A DNA stretch of 64,000 nucleotides from Ramazzottius varieornatus (lineage: Eukaryota; Animalia; Tardigrada), in assembly GCA_001949185.1 (NCBI GenBank), contig BDGG01000003.1, positions 992,690 to 1,056,689 on the forward strand, given 5' to 3'. Positions 44,036-58,485 of this stretch are shown here, one piece after another (the first letter of the stretch is position 1; every line of letters begins with the position of its first letter). The notes beneath the pieces are model-generated. The model saw nothing but the letters and a program-made list of their open reading frames with translations. It made no database searches and was not told the origin of the DNA. The translations under genes were made by a program, and so were the position numbers.

Positions 44036-47000
44036 GATGGCACAGCTCGCACGTGGATGAATACCGCATCAACTGCACACCAAAAAACGCGAAAAAGACG
44101 TAAGAGCTACGTTAGTCTACATCTCAGATACTTATCTTCTGAGGTCCGAAAGGAAAAATCTCAGCCCATCCGTGTCTAAAGTATTTAGGTTTCTTGGCCA
44201 AAAGACATAAAACATTTTATTACCGTGACTTATGTACGAGGTACCGTCAATATTTGAACAAAACAATTTTGTCTTCATGAAGGTGAGCATGCCGGCGCCA
44301 ATCTACCAGCCTGAGTTGTTGGACTTCTGACATCAACGTTCGGATATGCTGTAGGTTTCCGCGCTTTTGATGCGCGGTTTCATCAGTAAACCTGCATGTA
44401 GTTCGAGAGCTCTCATTAACAAGCCTGAAACTATGTTACCTTTCCACACGATAGAATTCAGAATAATGGAGCTACCACGCGCATCGTTGGGAAGTTCTTT
44501 ACCACATCTACACTGGGCGTTACCCGTGTGACAACTGGTACTGTGTATGTACTAGCAGTTACTGTAGTTCTGTGATGTGCTGATCAGCTGGGACACTTTA
44601 CGGACCCGGTCCTTATGTAACGACTAGCCGGATAATGGAGGAAATATATCGTCGATGTGCCTACCGATCAGCTGATCGATATAACACCACACATAAAGCC
44701 CAGAACCGTCCGCCTCGGGCGGATTTTGCGCACAAACCGAGTTCTTAAGGCTTCCCAGCTGACCAACGCTTTACGGTATAGAACGGTACAACGAAATCCT
44801 CCACGGACACAACTTAAGGGGAAGTTATAGAGTATTCCGGCCCTTCTGGAGAACAATTGAATACGAGAGATGGGGCAACGTTTTCCGTGTAAAGACCGTT
44901 TCGCATGTTAGAATAATGGTCATGATACAGTTTACTGATGCGCGCAACGCACAAAGACGCTGAGGTGCGCTGCTGCGGACCCACAGACACAATTTTGGTT
45001 TTGCAGCGTTCTATCTCAACTTATCCGTTTCGTCAAAAGCCACCCAGTATCAAAGTCATAGATAACAACCTCGCCAACAAAGTGTAAGTGTTTTCGAACG
45101 GCGACCTGCAATGTCATCGAGCAATTCAAAAAATGGCAGAGCAACTCACTTTCGAGACGGAACTGTCAAAAACCGCGGACGGTCCACAAAACAAACATTC
45201 TGTGGGCACAACTGTCTTCGCTCGACAACGCTTTCTTGATGAATTTCTTTTATCATTCGTTCCGTTTTTGGTTAAACTTTAATCGTGATCGGGTCGACTG
45301 TTCAGAGTGACGCTTCGAAGTTGTTTACTCTAGGAGAAAGCGTGAGAGAGGCTTGAGCAGTCAACTTCCACCCTCTGTCTGCAGATGACTATTGCGCCGA
45401 TTCTTCCTTTTTCTGCAGCGATAATTCGCTCTGTGCGTTAACAACAGGCAGATAACGTTGAGTCTAAAACCGCAAGAAGTGACACTTTCCCTGTTTTTCT
45501 GAATTTTTTCTCCCCGCCTTGGCTCAACAGATTTTGAAGCCTGTCTTAACATTCGTTAGCAGCAGGTTAGGTCTCCATGATAGCAGTCACAAGATATCTC
45601 ACCACGACCTCTGGAATTTTCGGTGCAAGCCGAAACCTGAGGAGCTAGCTTTCGACAGCTGATGCACTCATCGCCGCTCGGATCGCCTGATGAAGGTTGC
45701 GCCGATTTCGACAGGTATGATGTGCTTGTGAACTCTTTCGGCTAATTGAAAGGATCTGGGAACCCCGCTGTCTTCGTTGTAGAGGTTCTGAGTCTTTTGG
45801 TGTGTGTTTCAGGTGGCGGTTGGGGATCGAAAGTCGAAATTGTGCGTTCCGTCAGCGATGTCGCTTTGGCATAATCAAACAATCAAGTGACTGGGTAAGA
45901 GTAATTTCGCTTGGGGATCGTAGTTTAGAACAAGCCAGGCAGCTGGCATCATCCTCGCTGCCTACCTTAACACCTGCTTTCTTCAGAACTCATAGTGGCG
46001 CGATGTCGCTGTTTTCTTTCTTGCACGACTGGATCGTCTCAACTTTGAGTAGTCCGGACATCGCCACCGACGTTTGTCCTACCTTTGAGCTGGTGTTTTC
46101 TTCAGAGATATCGCTTTGAATTGTTCGCTGTGTGTCCTGCGTCGAGTCTTGATTAATACGCTCCAACATTATAGTCAGGACTTCTGGAATCTCTTAGATC
46201 GTCCCGCTTTTGTGCACTTTCTGTCGTTATCTGCGGGCGTGAAGAGTAAAAGAACGAAGAACAATAAAAATCATCTTTTTGGGCTTTATTAGGGTTTTGG
46301 TCCAAGTGAAACACTTGAAAAATTCATAACTTTTTCCATGTCCCATAAACTTATATTTCCCAGCGGTAAACCAGTAACGTCATTTTCATGTCAGTTTTTG
46401 GGTTTCCTCTGGACTGTATCTGGACCAAAATTATTTCGACGGAGTCATGCATAAGTGAAATTTCGGGGATTTCGGTTTTTGAATTTCATCGAGGCACGAA
46501 CGCATCTCGCACCGCCGACAAAATCAGATCTATGTTTGATGATGAAAAGACCTAAAATTTTTACTTTGGGAGATCGGGTTGATCGGTTTCGTTCCGGGGA
46601 TGTTTCATTCAAAAGTTAACGTTACGAAAGACTGAAATCGAAAGTGGACGACAATGTATTGACCGATCATGTCACACCCGATCCTTCCCAAGCTATAGTG
46701 TAATTCTTACAGGACTAAGGTGTGCCTCCCTTAAGTCTCTAGTTAAATTGAATAAGACAAGGAGGGCGAAAAACCCCACTTACTTCGCGCACCCCGAAAA
46801 TAACGCAGAGTTTTGTCTTTTGCCCTCTCCGAATAGCAAACAAGAACGAGCTGAAAGGATACCGCATTGCTATCCGTGACAACACCGGCACTCTATAAAA
46901 GATTTCTAAGCAAGAAATGCTATGTTTTGCCAGAGGCGAACCACGACAGAAAAGTTCGAACCGTGAGTGGCACCGAAAGAGAACCATGATTACATTTTGA

Positions 47001-48275
47001 TGGCCACCTCCCACGCCTGACCGCTATAAATCTCTTTCGTCCAGCTACACGATAACATCATTCCGGTCCTCTTTGAAACAGGCATTATGTATGGAAACCT
47101 TCCCGTTGAAAACGAATTAATTCACGGACTGGAGTCACTACTGTTGCATGTCTGCTCCGGAGGGCACTCTGAACAAAACACTTCCGCAGTACTGCAGAAA
47201 TAGGAACTGAAATTTCTCATTCGGGCTTCTTATAGAAGGGTCCTTCTGCTAACCGATTTTCACCTGCTCAAGACATTAGACCTTCTCCAGCGAGATTTTC
47301 CCGGAACTGGGTTTGAAAAGTGGCGTTACGGAGATTATTATCCCTCTTCTCCCAGGCTTTTGCAGCAATGGCACGAAATGTCTCCCAGAAAACTCTCGGG
47401 AGTTCCGCACTAGCATGTGTGTATAAGTTGATCAAAAAGATTGCGGTATGGCGTTAGAAAAAAAATTTTGACTTCGGCAGAGGCCAAGGGACAAGTTATA
47501 CAACGAGAAGGTTAGCGAACACCGTGACGATTGCAATGGCACCCGAGTGTTGTCAGTACCCACCATGTTCAACTGCAGCGAAGCTCGGTGCGTGCAGCCA
47601 CAGTCAAGTTGGCGTTGTTCCTGCCTGTGATACATGATGAGGTATCGGTACCGTGCAAAATGTTCATCCGAGTCTGATTGCACAGTGTGCGTATTATAAA
47701 ACCGCTTGAATTCATCAGCATAAGTTCTGATCGATTTCGTCGTGATACGTAAACGGCACCACATTTATGGTTTGAAATTTGATTAGAAATCTGCTTGTAT
47801 CTGCTTGTATCCTTTGCCACTACAGTTTTGTTTCTGTAAATGCTGTGTCGGCATGAACCTGAGTCTGCTGTCCTTCGAGTTTTGTCAAGATCCGCGAGGA
47901 GCCACTGAACTACAGACCTGTAACTGCTGATACAAACGAAAAAGATGTTAAAGATACGTTTTCAGCGCAGTGACGAGCGGCACGCTCTTCTGTATTGGGA
48001 ATATTAAGACATGCGCCTCCTGCCTGGACCTAGTTAGCCTTTCACAGATGACGCACAATCGTATGTCCTTTATGACATCGTTACAGATAGTTTATCAAAG
48101 TTATCTCCGGCGCATGGCTGTCACTGTGCAGTTGCCCATACTGTTTATAATTAAAGACTCAAGCGAAAAGATTATTGTCGTATCCAAGCACGCGTCTTTC
48201 AGTCACTTTCCGGTTGTCCAAACGGTGTGAGGCGTTGGGCGTTCACAAAACCTTTATCTCCCACCTTTTGAAACC

Positions 48276-51200
48276 ATGGCAGATCACATTCGTCGGAGTT
48301 TCGGTAACAGGAAATCCAAAACCGACAATCGACTGACCATTAGCCCAACTGACCTGAACGCACAGACGCGGAGCGTTTCGGAGTACGATCTGCCGTCGGT
48401 AACTTACTGGAAACCTGAAGACGACTTCGCTGCTCCCTATTACCTCAACTCGGCACTCCCGGTCTCCACTCCTGAGTTACGCATCCAGGTCGAGACACCT
48501 CCAAATTCTCCGCCCTTGCGGGATTCCTCTCTGGGTCAAGTGGACCAAAGTCCTCTGACCAGTGACGCCACCTCCGAGTTTGAATACAGTAATAACTTTG
48601 TGCAGCGCGGCAGCGTCTTTCAGCCCTTTCACAAAGTTGTCCTTTGGTAAGGTCAATTGTACATACAGTACAGCACAGTACACCCGCCTCGCCTAACCAT
48701 TGGCATGGACGAGAGTGTTAATTTTGGCAGCCTGCCGAAAGCGGCAGTGCACATTAAATCAAGCTAAAGCTGGCCACTGCCGCTTTCGACCGGCTGTCAA
48801 TAGTTTTATCCATATCAAATTAAGGAATGGCGCGTGTACTATTAATAGTATCTGATGCTGTTGTTAGACCTCTTGTTACTTAGTTGGGACAAACTCAACG
48901 CTTTCGTGCTGTCGCCAGAGGAGCGTCTCCCATTCGTAAAAAAATCCAAGCTTCACCCGACCTACATTGCTCAGCCTCTCCGGAATGTTAGCGGTGTTGC
49001 CTATGCTGGAAATACGGTGGCTGTAATCGGACCAAGTAAGAGCATCTGGGTTTCGGCGGCCCAATTTTCATACAAGCGTATGCCAGTCAAACTGTTCAGA
49101 AACGAGTTTGAAGTTCTGGGACCCTAAGGACACGATGCTGAAGTCCATTTGGCGATCTGACCACTGGTCAAACGTCCACGTAAGAATGATCCAGAGGGAT
49201 TCGAAACTTTGACCGAAAAAGCGTTGACGTCATAAGGACGTCACATATCATAAAATTGCACATACCATCGTTTCGACATCCAACCCCCAGGCTTGAGTGT
49301 TTGAGCCATTAATCACCCCTGAAATTTTCTGGAGTAGGTTCCCAAAAGGGCGAACAGTGTTTTGGAACTTTGAGCCACGACGAGGCACGGTAAACTCACC
49401 ACGAGACGCCCTTCGTTATCCTCCACAACTTGACGGCAAAAAAGGATCGTTCGGAGTAGAAAAAGTTTGTGTGCAAATTGGGCCGCCAATACCCATTTCA
49501 TGAAGTAACGTACGACTTTTCCAGCGGTATGCTGTATCCTAACAGTTCTCCTCCGTAGCTGGAGCGGGAAAGACAGCTCTGCTGAACGTCCTTTCCGGAC
49601 AATACTCCAAAAAGAATCTAAAAGTTGACGGTCAGATTTGCGTGAACAACGAAACCGCGTCACTATCAGCCTTACGAGCATTTGTGTACGTCCCCTCAGA
49701 AACCGTCTTCAGCACCTGTTTAACCGTTAAAGAACACCTCACATTCCACGCTTATCTCCGCAACGAGCAGTGCTACTTCACTACCGAGAAAGACACCCTG
49801 GTTCTCGATATGATCAAAGCCGTCAACCTAACGTCGATTTCCGACCACCGTCTTGACCATGATATATCGACACTCCAGCTTCGCCAAGTCTGCATTGCTA
49901 CAGCATGTCTTACGAATCCCGCAGCTATTTTCCTGGACGAGCCGCTGGCCAACCTCGATGCGGAAGAAGCCGAGCATGTCGGTCGACTTCTCAAAGCCAT
50001 GGCGATTCAAGGCAAGATCGTCATGTGCAGCCTAACTCGTCCCACGTCCGAGGTCTTCGGTCTCTTCGACCACGTTGCGTTGATGCACAAATCCCGAATG
50101 GCTTTCTACGGGAGCATGGATGAGGTGGGACGTTTCTTCGCTTCTGTACTCCATATCTGGTCGACAGCTTACAACCCAGCTGATCATTACGTCCGAGCGG
50201 TTTCGACCGACGCCGACAAAGCGGACCGCATCTGTGAGCAGTACCTCATGTCGGATGTGTACGATACAATTCGGCGGAAGTTGGAGAACACGGCTCGGCT
50301 AGCCAGGGTGCATAACAAAGCGAAAAAGATGGGAGTGACGTCGAAGACGAAAACGGACTGGGTGTACCAACTGAAGACCTTGTTGGGAAGGAGGACGAAG
50401 GGATTACGGAGAAGTACCGTGGAGATCAAAGCGCCGTTCGCCTTGTACGCGTTTTTGGGAATCGTATTGGGAATGACATTTCTACCGCAAGACTACAGCG
50501 ACATGGCCGGCGTAGAAAATATTAACGGTGCCATCTTTCTTCTTGCGTTCTTTCTGGTAAGCGCTCACAGTTTGCCACCTCTCGTTGCAGGCGAGTTCTT
50601 CATCGGTATCGTTTGTCCCCACCTGGTAGTTGGATTGTTTTTTCTGTTGTAGTCCTGGTTGCCCTTGTGTTCGATCAAGCCAGTCTTCTTCCCCCAACTG
50701 ACTCTCCTTCAAATAGAGACTCGCTTCAAGCCGATATACCGCTTTTCCGCATTCTATCTCAGTCACATCCTCCTCGCAGTTCCCCTGCAAGCGATCCTCG
50801 CCGTCACGCTGATGACTGTTTCCTACTGGCTGGTCGGTCTGGCTCCTTCGGCGGTAAGCTTTCTGGCAGCATGTGGGATAGGAGTGTTGATCGCCAACGC
50901 TGGCCAGGCTTTTGCATTCCTGCTGGCTAGCTGTGTCTTCCAACAGCCGAAGTGGCGCATTCCTGTTATCTTCCTCCTGGGTGTTCCATCCACATTGTTA
51001 GCTGGGTACCTGCCACGTCTTCGAACAATGCCTGAATGGCTACGACCATTTTCTGTAAGCCTCACTGGAAGCATCATCTGCTGACTTTCGGTGTTCTTAC
51101 TCTTTTGATATTTCAGTACCTTTCGTGGCTCCGATACGGATTTCAAGCCTTGATGCGTAACCAGTGGAACATCGTTTCAATTAATGAGTTTGTGGCGTTG

Positions 51201-51431
51201 CGACATGCCTGTGATGAGGACAGCGAGGATTGTGAAGAACTTTTGGGTACAAGACGCTTCAACGCGACGTGGAACGAGGAAGTAAGGTTTGTCTTGAAAG
51301 ATTACGGTCTCTCAATGGACCTCAGCGAACAGCAAGACGACGTTGCCTTCAACTCAGCAATGCTGGTGTGTTTCATACTGCTCTTTCATTTTCTGGCCGT
51401 TGTTGCTCTATGGCGTAAACCTTCTCGCTGA
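48276..51431 (+). CDS. ABCG (white-like) half-transporter with degenerate NBD
   Basis: LRNVSGVA..IGP|TGAGKTALLNVLSG, LTVKEHL, IFLDEP, YNPADHY, INGAIF and YLSWLRYGFQAL; NBD-TMD domain order. Confidence 0.92.
48677..48840. mobile_element. Intronic palindromic MITE / hairpin
   Basis: CGAAAGCGGCAGTG / CACTGCCGCTTTCG core stem; outer AGTACAC / GTGTACT ends. Confidence 0.65.
49047..49495. mobile_element. ~450-bp MITE family, copy B (in the ABCG intron that splits Walker A)
   Basis: TIR TGGGTTTCGGCGGCCCAATTT / AAATTGGGCCGCCAATACCCA; homologous to 33973-34437. Confidence 0.8.
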
Positions 51432-52512
51432 CTCAACGGATCGGGTCAACACGAGTCCTAGCTTGAGTTTTTCGAGGCTCGATCCTGCGGCTACAGAGCA
51501 GGTTTCATTGTTGGAACTTGTCGGTGACGGCAGCGTGATGTAAAATGTCAGTTCCGGATCCTGCCATTATAACTTATCTCGACTAATTGCAACATTTGCT
51601 TGTTGATCGATCTGCACTAGTGGTTAGTTCCAGCTGGCAAACTTCTCAATCTCAGTCCCACGCCAGATTTGGCTGCCATCGCTCCCCGTTTAACCGTTTT
51701 ATGAGATGACTACGCCATGCCTTTCACCACGCGATAAAAGTTTCCCTGTAAATTAGCCGTAAACCAGCACATCAGATTTTTGTTACCGGGCGCACCAGTT
51801 TCGACCGCAGACCTTTTGTCAAAAACAGAAGAACTACTGTTTTCGGTAGGTAAGATCATTATGGAGAGATCAACCTTAACGATGCCTGCAATACGCGCTG
51901 TTCACGTTCGATCTTGCTTCAAGTTTTTGACACCTCATCGAACGTTTGATATTACGAAAAGCATCCACCGGCCCTGAATATATTAAAGTATTAAAACGAG
52001 TACTCCCAAGAGCTGCCGTTTCTCTCAAATTTGTACTGCGTTGATCATATCATCAGTGCGGATGGGTAGTACGATACACATCCGCCACATTCTTTTGGCA
52101 AGCATGATACCATGTATCATGTCTCCATCATCACTGTAAGCTTTTTATAGTGTGCGAACTCGTTATTGCATGGTTTCCTGCTTGACGCTTCTTGTTCTTC
52201 CGAAGATGAGCCGTCGGCTCTCCCAGTTGAGGTTTCCGACATGAGTCACCCAGTTTTGCTAGTAATTATACAACCACTTCCGACTGTGAAACCGACGTCA
52301 AGGCAAAGGCCGGCTGGAGTAAATATAATGGCTTACTTAACACGCTGCTGAGTAATTAGTTCAACATCGGTTTCTTCCTACACGCTCCCTTTCTTTCAAA
52401 CATGCGACTTGTGTTTGCCGCAGCAAAATCTTACCTCTTGTATCCTATTCTGACACTGATATCCAACAACTCTATATCTACATCTTTTGTTTATCAATAG
52501 TGCCTTTGTAAC

Positions 52513-54290
52513 ATGGCGCATCAGAATGACGCAGCGATTATTATCCTGAACGATGAAGATGACCCCATTCGCCCTGTCCAAGTTCTTCATGGACCACAAA
52601 GACCATCGAAATCCAGTCTTGACACATTGGAAGTTGAGGATCAACCGAAAGGATATTGGAAAGTCCTGCGGAAATGTTTACAGTTTTTATTCTCGCATAT
52701 TGGTCTGACAGGTTTAGTAATTGGATATACTGTGGGCGGAGCATTTCTGTTCAACTATATTGAGGTATGAAGAGTATCATAAGTTGACTTCGAAGTATCC
52801 GTCGGGCTTTTCCCCGGATATCATCTTGCAGTTCGGAAACCAACTCACCACGATCTTTTTTTAAATGGCGCACGCTTCCAGCCAACGGTACTGTAGGCGT
52901 GCGCTACTCGAGGAACGATCTGGTCGAGTTTGCGCGCACAGCTCCCATCTGTTCGCTCTGTGTGTTTTAGGAAGGTCAATGGCTGAATGACAGACAACAA
53001 GACCTAGACAAACGTCGTCCTCTCATCATCGAGGAGCCAGACTATCTCGCGCACGCCGCTTTATCGGTGGCCGCCTGGAAAGCTTCATGGATGGATGACA
53101 AAGTCTTGCGTTTCTGGAATGGCGGTAGCGTGATCAACGAAATCTATCCCGTAGGCGAACTTGATCTCTGTCTGGGTCTAAACGAGCAATGATTAGTTAT
53201 GTACATAGGATGATTGGCACAAGGATAGAGTTGATCAGATTCGATTATGGGAAATCGAGCTAAATCAGTACATCTTGTTAAGCGTCGCCAGAATGGCTGC
53301 TGAGATTGCCGCCAACCGCACAGCGCGGGAGATGGAACAGACGTCCAATGTTATCAATGCCCCCAACTGGAGCTTTCCCAGTGCTTTCTTGTACGCTCTC
53401 AGCATCGTTACAACCATCGGTAAGTAAATATGAACAAATTTTTTCATCGTTGGGTCGTCTAACGGGTGTATCTTACATCAGGTTATGGTCACGTGGCACC
53501 CTACACGCGCACCGGCAAGGTCGCCACTATCATATACGCCATCATCGGTATCCCTCTCATGCTGGCTTTCCTCGCCAACATTGGTGATCTTCTGGCTCGT
53601 TTCTTCCGTATGGTCTTCGACCAGCTCTTCCTCATGAAAACTTGCCGAAAAATCTACCGCCGTCGTGCTCAGACCTCGCTTCCGTCCACTGCCGTTGCAT
53701 CCGTCACTGCTTCCCCTATGCCGCTCAAGAAACCACGCATCAGCACGACCTCTGCCCCCTCTGCCTTTCCTTCGCCCATCCGCGTCGAACGACCGAAGCA
53801 GTCCCTCGTCATACAAGATCCATCAGCTTTAATGCCAAGAGTCCGTTCAATCTCCAGTGTTAACCCGGAATTCGAAGGGTACACAGCCGCTCAAATCTCC
53901 GTCATATCCGATATTCGAGAAGCCGAAAAGTCCGTGCCGGTGATGATGTGCGTCGTCATCATGGGCATTTACTTATTGGGGGGCGCAGTCCTGTTTTCGG
54001 TATGGGAAGGTTGGAACTACATGGATGGCTTGTATTTCTGCTTCATTACGCTGTCCACGATTGGGCTGGGAGATATGGTACCTGGTGCCACCTTACTGAA
54101 TATAGCTGGCGGGAAAGGGCAGTTGATCGTGTGTTGTCTGTATATTTTAATCGGCTTAGCTTTCTTAGCTTCGTGCTTTAATCTTTTGCATGATTCCGCT
54201 AGAGGTGGACTAAGGAGTATCGGCGAGAAGATTGGATTGGTTAAGCAGAAACCGCCCAGTCGCAAAGCTTCCTCGGGAACCTTAATTTGA
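52513..54290 (+). CDS. Two-pore-domain (K2P/TWiK) potassium channel
   Basis: FLFSHIGLTGLVIGYTVGGAFLF; P1 WSFPSAFLYALSIVTTI|GYGH; YAIIGIPLML; P2 YFCFITLSTIGLGD. Confidence 0.96.
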
Positions 54291-55515
54291 AACTTCGGTT
54301 CAAGTTGCACGGTTTCTTTATGCTGGCAATAAGAGATGGTTTTACGTTGTATAGTACAAGCAGAATGCCCGCCTGCGGCTCGCCACATTGGTTTATGATT
54401 GCGTGTGAGATGTGAAAAAAAAAATCTTCGTCACAAGAACAGTAGGCATCTTGGTATTGGGAACCTAATACCAAGATCATCAAACAGAGATTTTTCAGCC
54501 GGAAGAAAGTTTTTTGTAATGTTCTGTTCCTTTTACAGATTTCCTGATCCGAGCCTTCGTTCGTTGGTTTTGCGCGGTTCTAGTTAACCGCTTATTCTCG
54601 GGATGATCTTTATTAAGCACCGTGCGTTTTCGACTGAAAGCCTTGAACAATGACCAAACTAATCAGTAGAAAAATGATCATTGTCCGAAACTCAATCTTT
54701 CCTTAACTTCTAAATACGCCGATTCTTGGTCTCGGGATAATAAGATTGTCGAAACAGGTTTGTCATACGAACCATTTTTTTACTGATTACAGTAGTTTGG
54801 TCAATTGTTTAAGTCGTTGGCCGATAACGCACGGAACCTATTCCAAGTGCCACACGACCAGGGCACGCACAAAGAAAATTGTGCCGGTTGAGAGAACGAT
54901 CAATGTGAATCCCATATGGCCATTATCGGTTCGTGTTGCAGGGTAGTACCACATAGGTATCGCGCAGTAAAACGCCGAAAGACCGAGATTGAGGAACTGT
55001 AGCGCAATGACCTTAAGTCAGCTGAGAGGCTAAAGGTTAGAGTACGTTGCATCGGTTATGTGGGTATTGGGTAACAACCAAATTGTGAAAAATTATGGAA
55101 AAAACGATCCAAAGGTTGAAACCAGGATCATATGGTTGAAAACATCCACAAGCCACAAATGATTTATACGTATTTAAGCTGGCAGTCTCAAATTATTGGA
55201 CTAGCGCTCCGGTGTCTCTAAGATTCCCTTGTCAGAACAATTCTGCATTATTATATTGATAATAAAGGGGCGGGAAATAATATTTCCACACCAAATATCT
55301 TTCTGGCAGAATGTACAAATCCCGACTGAACAGTTTGGCCGTCGGATAATGCTGGGGTGCAGAAAGTACTGTCATTTGTGTCGCAGCTCGTAATGCACAA
55401 ATGCATAATGCTTTCCAGAAGAGGTCCTTGGATACAAGGAAACCCAAAGTCAAGCTCTACCGAAAGAGGATGACAGGATGGGAGAAAAATGCGAAAATTT
55501 TAAGGTGAGATTGTC

Positions 55516-58485
55516 TTAGGTCTTGGAAACGAGCAAATAGGCATGCAGGTGGTAACGCTCGTGAACCTGCTGTCTCCTTTTCGTCGCCCACCTGAAAAGT
55601 AGATATTCATTTTATTTCGTTTCTAAATCGGCCTTTGATTCTATTGAATCTCCCAGTATAACTTTGCCGTTTTCTGGGGTTATACAGTCCACTCGTTTGA
55701 GATCTGTTACCTAATTTTCTTTTCTGTTTACCACCAGCCAAACGTTTGCTGTACATGCAAGACGAGAAATTATGGTACAGTAAATGTTATGCATATGGGA
55801 CAGGCAGAAGGACAGCGATATGGAAATTCAACCGTAGAAAAGTGTCGAAAAATGTATAACTGTCCATCGGTCGCGTAGCGAAAAGGCCTGTACCATAATT
55901 TTCACTCTACCATAATTTCTCGTCCTGCGTATACAGCTTGCCAAAACAGAAGAAAGTGACGTCAACGCTCAACTGCAAATCAAATAGAAGGAAAATCAAC
56001 TATTTATGTGCGTCAGTAAGCAAGCAATCCTCCTGATACTTTTCGGAGAACCGAGAGCCTCAACTATCACAAAAAAGCATTGGTTTCGTGGCCGACGAGT
56101 GACATGGTCTGAATGGTCCCTCGTGAGCAGAGATACAAATTTTTGAAAAGAGCATTCGTGAAACGGCAAACTGACACTGAATATTTTACCCCCAATACTT
56201 TACCCGATACAATAAGCTGAAATCAGCACTGAACAACCGATCGAGGAGAGAACAGCAGCCGCGATGGCTCCAGAAGATAAAACTAAGAAGAAAAGAGTGT
56301 TCACTCCGTCATATCTGCCTGTTCGACCAGTGTCGGTAGGCTACCATCGGGGTTGAAACTTCGCTAGATCCCTGGGCAAGACCTACCATGAAAACTGGCA
56401 CAATACTCGCCGCGGAACCCGCAAACTGGCATACTGTGAGGAGCGTGTCCGTTTTTCCATCGTATGACGCCAGTTCTTTCAAGCACGTCGGAGCCAGGTG
56501 GCAAGGCGAACACTGACTGGAAAGGTCAAAGACTTCTTGATAAGGGTATACCCAAAGAGCTACGTAGCTCTTTGGACTTTGGTTGCTAACTTCCACTCCA
56601 CCCCGGTTGTCCAAAAAGAAGTCTAATTCTAAGAAGTCTCAGCTTACCGACCAACTTCCTGTGTCCTCACTGACTTGAGAAAAATGCAGAGCTATCCTTT
56701 TGACGCCCGCGGTGTCAAAGTATATTCGACCTAGCGATGTTTGAAAACTGCGGTTTTGATAGGATGATGCTAGGGAAGAAGACACTAGCACTGGCGTTCC
56801 GTAGCTGCGTTTTGTATCGAAGTACTCCGCAAGGACCTTCAAAAAGGAAACTATACATGCGGCAATATCATTGATTTGGCCTTTATTGACATTTGCAAAA
56901 TTCCCTGACCAAAAACGTTCACGCAAGTGTACATAGACCTATCAAAGGAGGAAGCCTGGAAACGCGACGGAAGTCGTGAGATCACAAAGCACCTTCAAGT
57001 GAGATCATTCCATTGATACAAGAATTGCCCAATTACCATGACAGGATACTTGGGTGACTGGCTGCTCTGTTCCAAGTTTCTTCCGTACAACAGCTCGGTA
57101 AACCTTCTGATTTCCGCTATCGTTTCGTTCCCCAACCGCGGAGGTGACGAGAGCAGTACCGATCTAAATGCTTCGAAGGCAATGTCGTCTTCCGCGTCGT
57201 TGTACTTCCATGAATAATTTCCGAAGTAGTTGTCAAACTCATCCCCGGTGTTAGGTAGTAGGAATACCTGACAAACAAATTGGCTTGCTTGGGCAAGATT
57301 CATAAAATTTCGACGTTCGAACCGCGTCGCACAAAGAAGGCGGGATGCTGGTTGACTTACGTATTCCCCATTGGTCATGTTCTTGTTATGTGCTGCAGTC
57401 TAAAAAGCAATCGATCAAGTTGTATAACAAAGGCGTTTACTCTTCGAATATGTAACTGACCAAGATCTTCCTCACAATGTCCGTGTGAGCAACGATCTGG
57501 ATGACTACAGCCAAAAGCAAATTCAGGCCATTACACACAGGTGTTTTTTTCTCGCACGTCTAACCTCTGGCAGAAACTCGGACGAATTCCAAGAAAGAGT
57601 CCAGCTGGACCGTAAAGTTTTTGGCGGACGAGTCAATCAGCATGAAATGTTTTTCCTGTTTCAGGGAGACCGCTGCTTGCGTCAAAGATTGTTTGAGTTT
57701 AGGCACTGCTGCCGCGGACGGCGCGAACCCAGTGTCCCCCACCACGCAAATTATGTTCCATTCGTAAAGACGATACAACAACATATGTGCCAGCGAGATT
57801 GCTGCACCGTCCACAGGACTTGCCAGAATAGTGTTAGGAAAGTCCCTTTTGTTCGTGAAAAGCAAAGGATCAGGATATACCCTACAACGACAAAAGTAAA
57901 CAACGCCGGTAAGTGCGCTAACTCACCGAATCTCAGCTCGAGCCAATCGTACCCAATCACGACCAGGACATTCCACTCTGTAATAAGGAACGACTCAGCA
58001 AATGCCTTTTGCGTGCACGAAAGATGTTTCTTACCCAAAGCCAATCGAGCCACTTGCACGGTTTCTAAGCATCCTGTTCAAACATGAAAGACATCCTGTC
58101 AGATCAAACATTTCACGCCAGGTGTAAATGGACGTCAAGCGGTACCTGGCAAGATGATGGCGATAAGGCAGGACGGGTCTCGCGACAGATCGTGGTATTT
58201 TGAGCTCAAGAGGTAGTCGACATTGTAAGTTATCGAGAGACAGCTATTAAAATGTTCGTCGAACAGATAGGTGTGCGATAAGTCGAGAAACGGATATAAT
58301 GTTTGCAACTCAGAAACCCCATAGTCCATCGCCGGCTCGACGTACGTCAGGCTTCCGCGTTCAGGTCCGTAGTTTCCTGGAGTCAATATCTCTACACGGT
58401 ATCTTTGCGAGATGTTGTGCTTGGGTTGACCATCAGCAAAGAGGGAAAAAACATTGACCAACACCAAAAAATAGAAGGGAGACAT
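55516..58485 (-). CDS. Natriuretic-peptide-receptor / receptor-GC-like ectodomain protein with TM and short tail (no kinase or cyclase)
   Basis: Signal peptide and ANF-receptor-like ectodomain (PAMDYGV, FQTSLGRIYFDTAG). Juxtamembrane IRWKNGHAPHSMPVCGFRGEYC (exon ~56517-56387). TM exon LSSGAIAAAVLSSIGCSVLISAYCI. Last exon 55591-55516 GWATKRRQQ...SKT*. Confidence 0.8.

Noticed and set aside
45550-46200. Stop-poor minus-strand frame, possible decayed CDS (similar hints at 14780-15220 and 47430-47820)
   Set aside because: No recognisable motif or consistent splice model; needs a translated search.
56309-56614. ORF-track frame inside the receptor gene
   Set aside because: The true exon is in another frame (PVCGFRGEYC), so this is not evidence of a frameshift or pseudogene.
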